This document shows, piece by piece, positions 39,297-40,000 of a stretch of DNA of 40,000 nt. Each line of letters begins with the position of its first letter. Positions within the stretch are counted from its first letter, which is position 1. Both the position numbers and the translations under genes were made by a program. The DNA is from Klenkia brasiliensis (GTDB lineage: Bacteria; Actinomycetota; Actinomycetes; Mycobacteriales; Geodermatophilaceae): NCBI RefSeq assembly GCF_900100695.1, contig NZ_FNCF01000001.1, positions 362,060 through 402,059 of the forward strand, in the 5' to 3' direction. Under the pieces are notes generated by a model. The model made no database searches. It was not told the DNA's origin and saw nothing but the letters and a program-made list of their open reading frames with translations.

Positions 39297-40000
39297 TCAC
39301 GCGGGCAGCCGCAGCGCCACGCACATCGCCTCGATCGCGATCTGCGGCTTGACCGCCTGCTCCAGCGCGGTGCGGGCGGCGAGGACGGCGTCGATGCGGC
39401 GCAGCGCGCCCTCGGCGCCGACCCTGCGGGCGAGCTCGAGGGCGTCGGCGCTGCGGTCGGGGTGGTTGAGGTGCCGCACCCGGGCCAGGTCGCCGCGGAC
39501 CGTCGCGATCACCAGCGCGTCGCGGTAGAACGCGGCCAGGTCGACCAGCGCCCGGTCGAGGGTGTCGCGCCCGATGCGGGTGGCCCGCGACTTCTGCTGC
39601 TTCTCCAGCTCCTTGAGCTGACCCGCGCCCCGCGACGCCGCGGCCACCCCCGGCCCGCGGGCCCCCACCCCGAGCGAGGCCTTGACCGCCTCGGTCTCCG
39701 CGGCGTCCAGCGCCCCGCTGGCCGCCGCGGACTCCGCCGCGGCCGTGCCGACCAGGTCGTCGGCGGCCCGCAGGCACGCGCCCAGGCTGGACAGCGCGAG
39801 CGGGACGTCGAGCACCGCCTTGCGGGCCGCGCGGGCGTCCTCGTCGCGGGCCAGCCGCCGGGCCCGGCCGATGTGGCCGCCCGACGCCGCGGCCGACCAC
39901 TGCGCGAGCACCGGCTCGACGCCGTCGCGGCGGACCAGCACCTCGCTGATCGCCGCGGCCGGCGGGGTGCGCAGGGACACCACCCGGCAGCGCGACCGGA
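39297..40000 (-). CDS. holB: DNA polymerase III subunit delta' HolB (5' end beyond window)
   Basis: The reading frame is open to the window edge. ...RSRCRVVSLRTPPAAAISEVL matches the SRC motif region of clamp-loader delta', followed by the helical C-terminal domain. Confidence 0.8.
   Translation of the reverse strand, partial: RSRCRVVSLRTPPAAAISEVLVRRDGVEPVLAQWSAAASGGHIGRARRLARDEDARAARKAVLDVPLALSSLGACLRAADDLVGTAAAESAAASGALDAAETEAVKASLGVGARGPGVAAASRGAGQLKELEKQQKSRATRIGRDTLDRALVDLAAFYRDALVIATVRGDLARVRHLNHPDRSADALELARRVGAEGALRRIDAVLAARTALEQAVKPQIAIEAMCVALRLPA

Overview
Dense, high-G+C (roughly 70-75% by eye) actinobacterial core-chromosome segment. It holds 42 protein-coding genes (two truncated by the window edges) plus one tRNA-Thr(CGU). 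I saw no rRNA, CRISPR, transposase, integrase or phage genes. Most genes are on the minus strand, often with 4-nt GTGA/ATGA stop-start overlaps. Gene order is colinear with the classic mycobacterial block (M. tuberculosis Rv3581c-Rv3644c, recalled from memory, not searched): ispF, carD, lpqE-like, radA, disA, Rv3587c-like, mutY | clpC1, lsr2, lysS, coaX, panD, panC, DUF2520 | DUF3180, folK, folB, folP, folE, ftsH | hpt, tilS, zincin, dacB, ppa | holB. Insertions relative to that template: (i) a UbiA prenyltransferase plus an FeS-BCP/(6-4)-type photolyase; (ii) nadB-nadC spliced into the pan/coaX operon; (iii) an SDR, a TM/coiled-coil/Pro-rich protein, DUF1684 and an Opu-type compatible-solute ABC importer; (iv) a nitronate monooxygenase plus arsR / arsM-acr3-arsC next to tRNA-Thr. 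Many long ORFs in the supplied track are off-frame artefacts of high GC and were discarded. I do not see a convincing new multi-gene system (defence, TA, secretion, BGC) here; this is mostly ordinary housekeeping DNA. The observations most worth a second look are: a circularly permuted Opu-type substrate-binding lipoprotein; three 16-bp ATCGAC-N4-GTCGAT operators embedded in back-to-back arsR/arsM promoters; an ArsR combining two cysteine-site types; a pan-nad-coaX super-operon including a DUF2520 Rossmann protein (candidate missing ketopantoate reductase); a RecA-NDp/PafBC-like promoter on a leaderless radA; and a set of leaderless genes with a TANNNT hexamer 6-7 nt from the start codon. All family calls rest on motif recognition by eye. 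No BLAST/HMM was run, and several start codons are my own re-calls.
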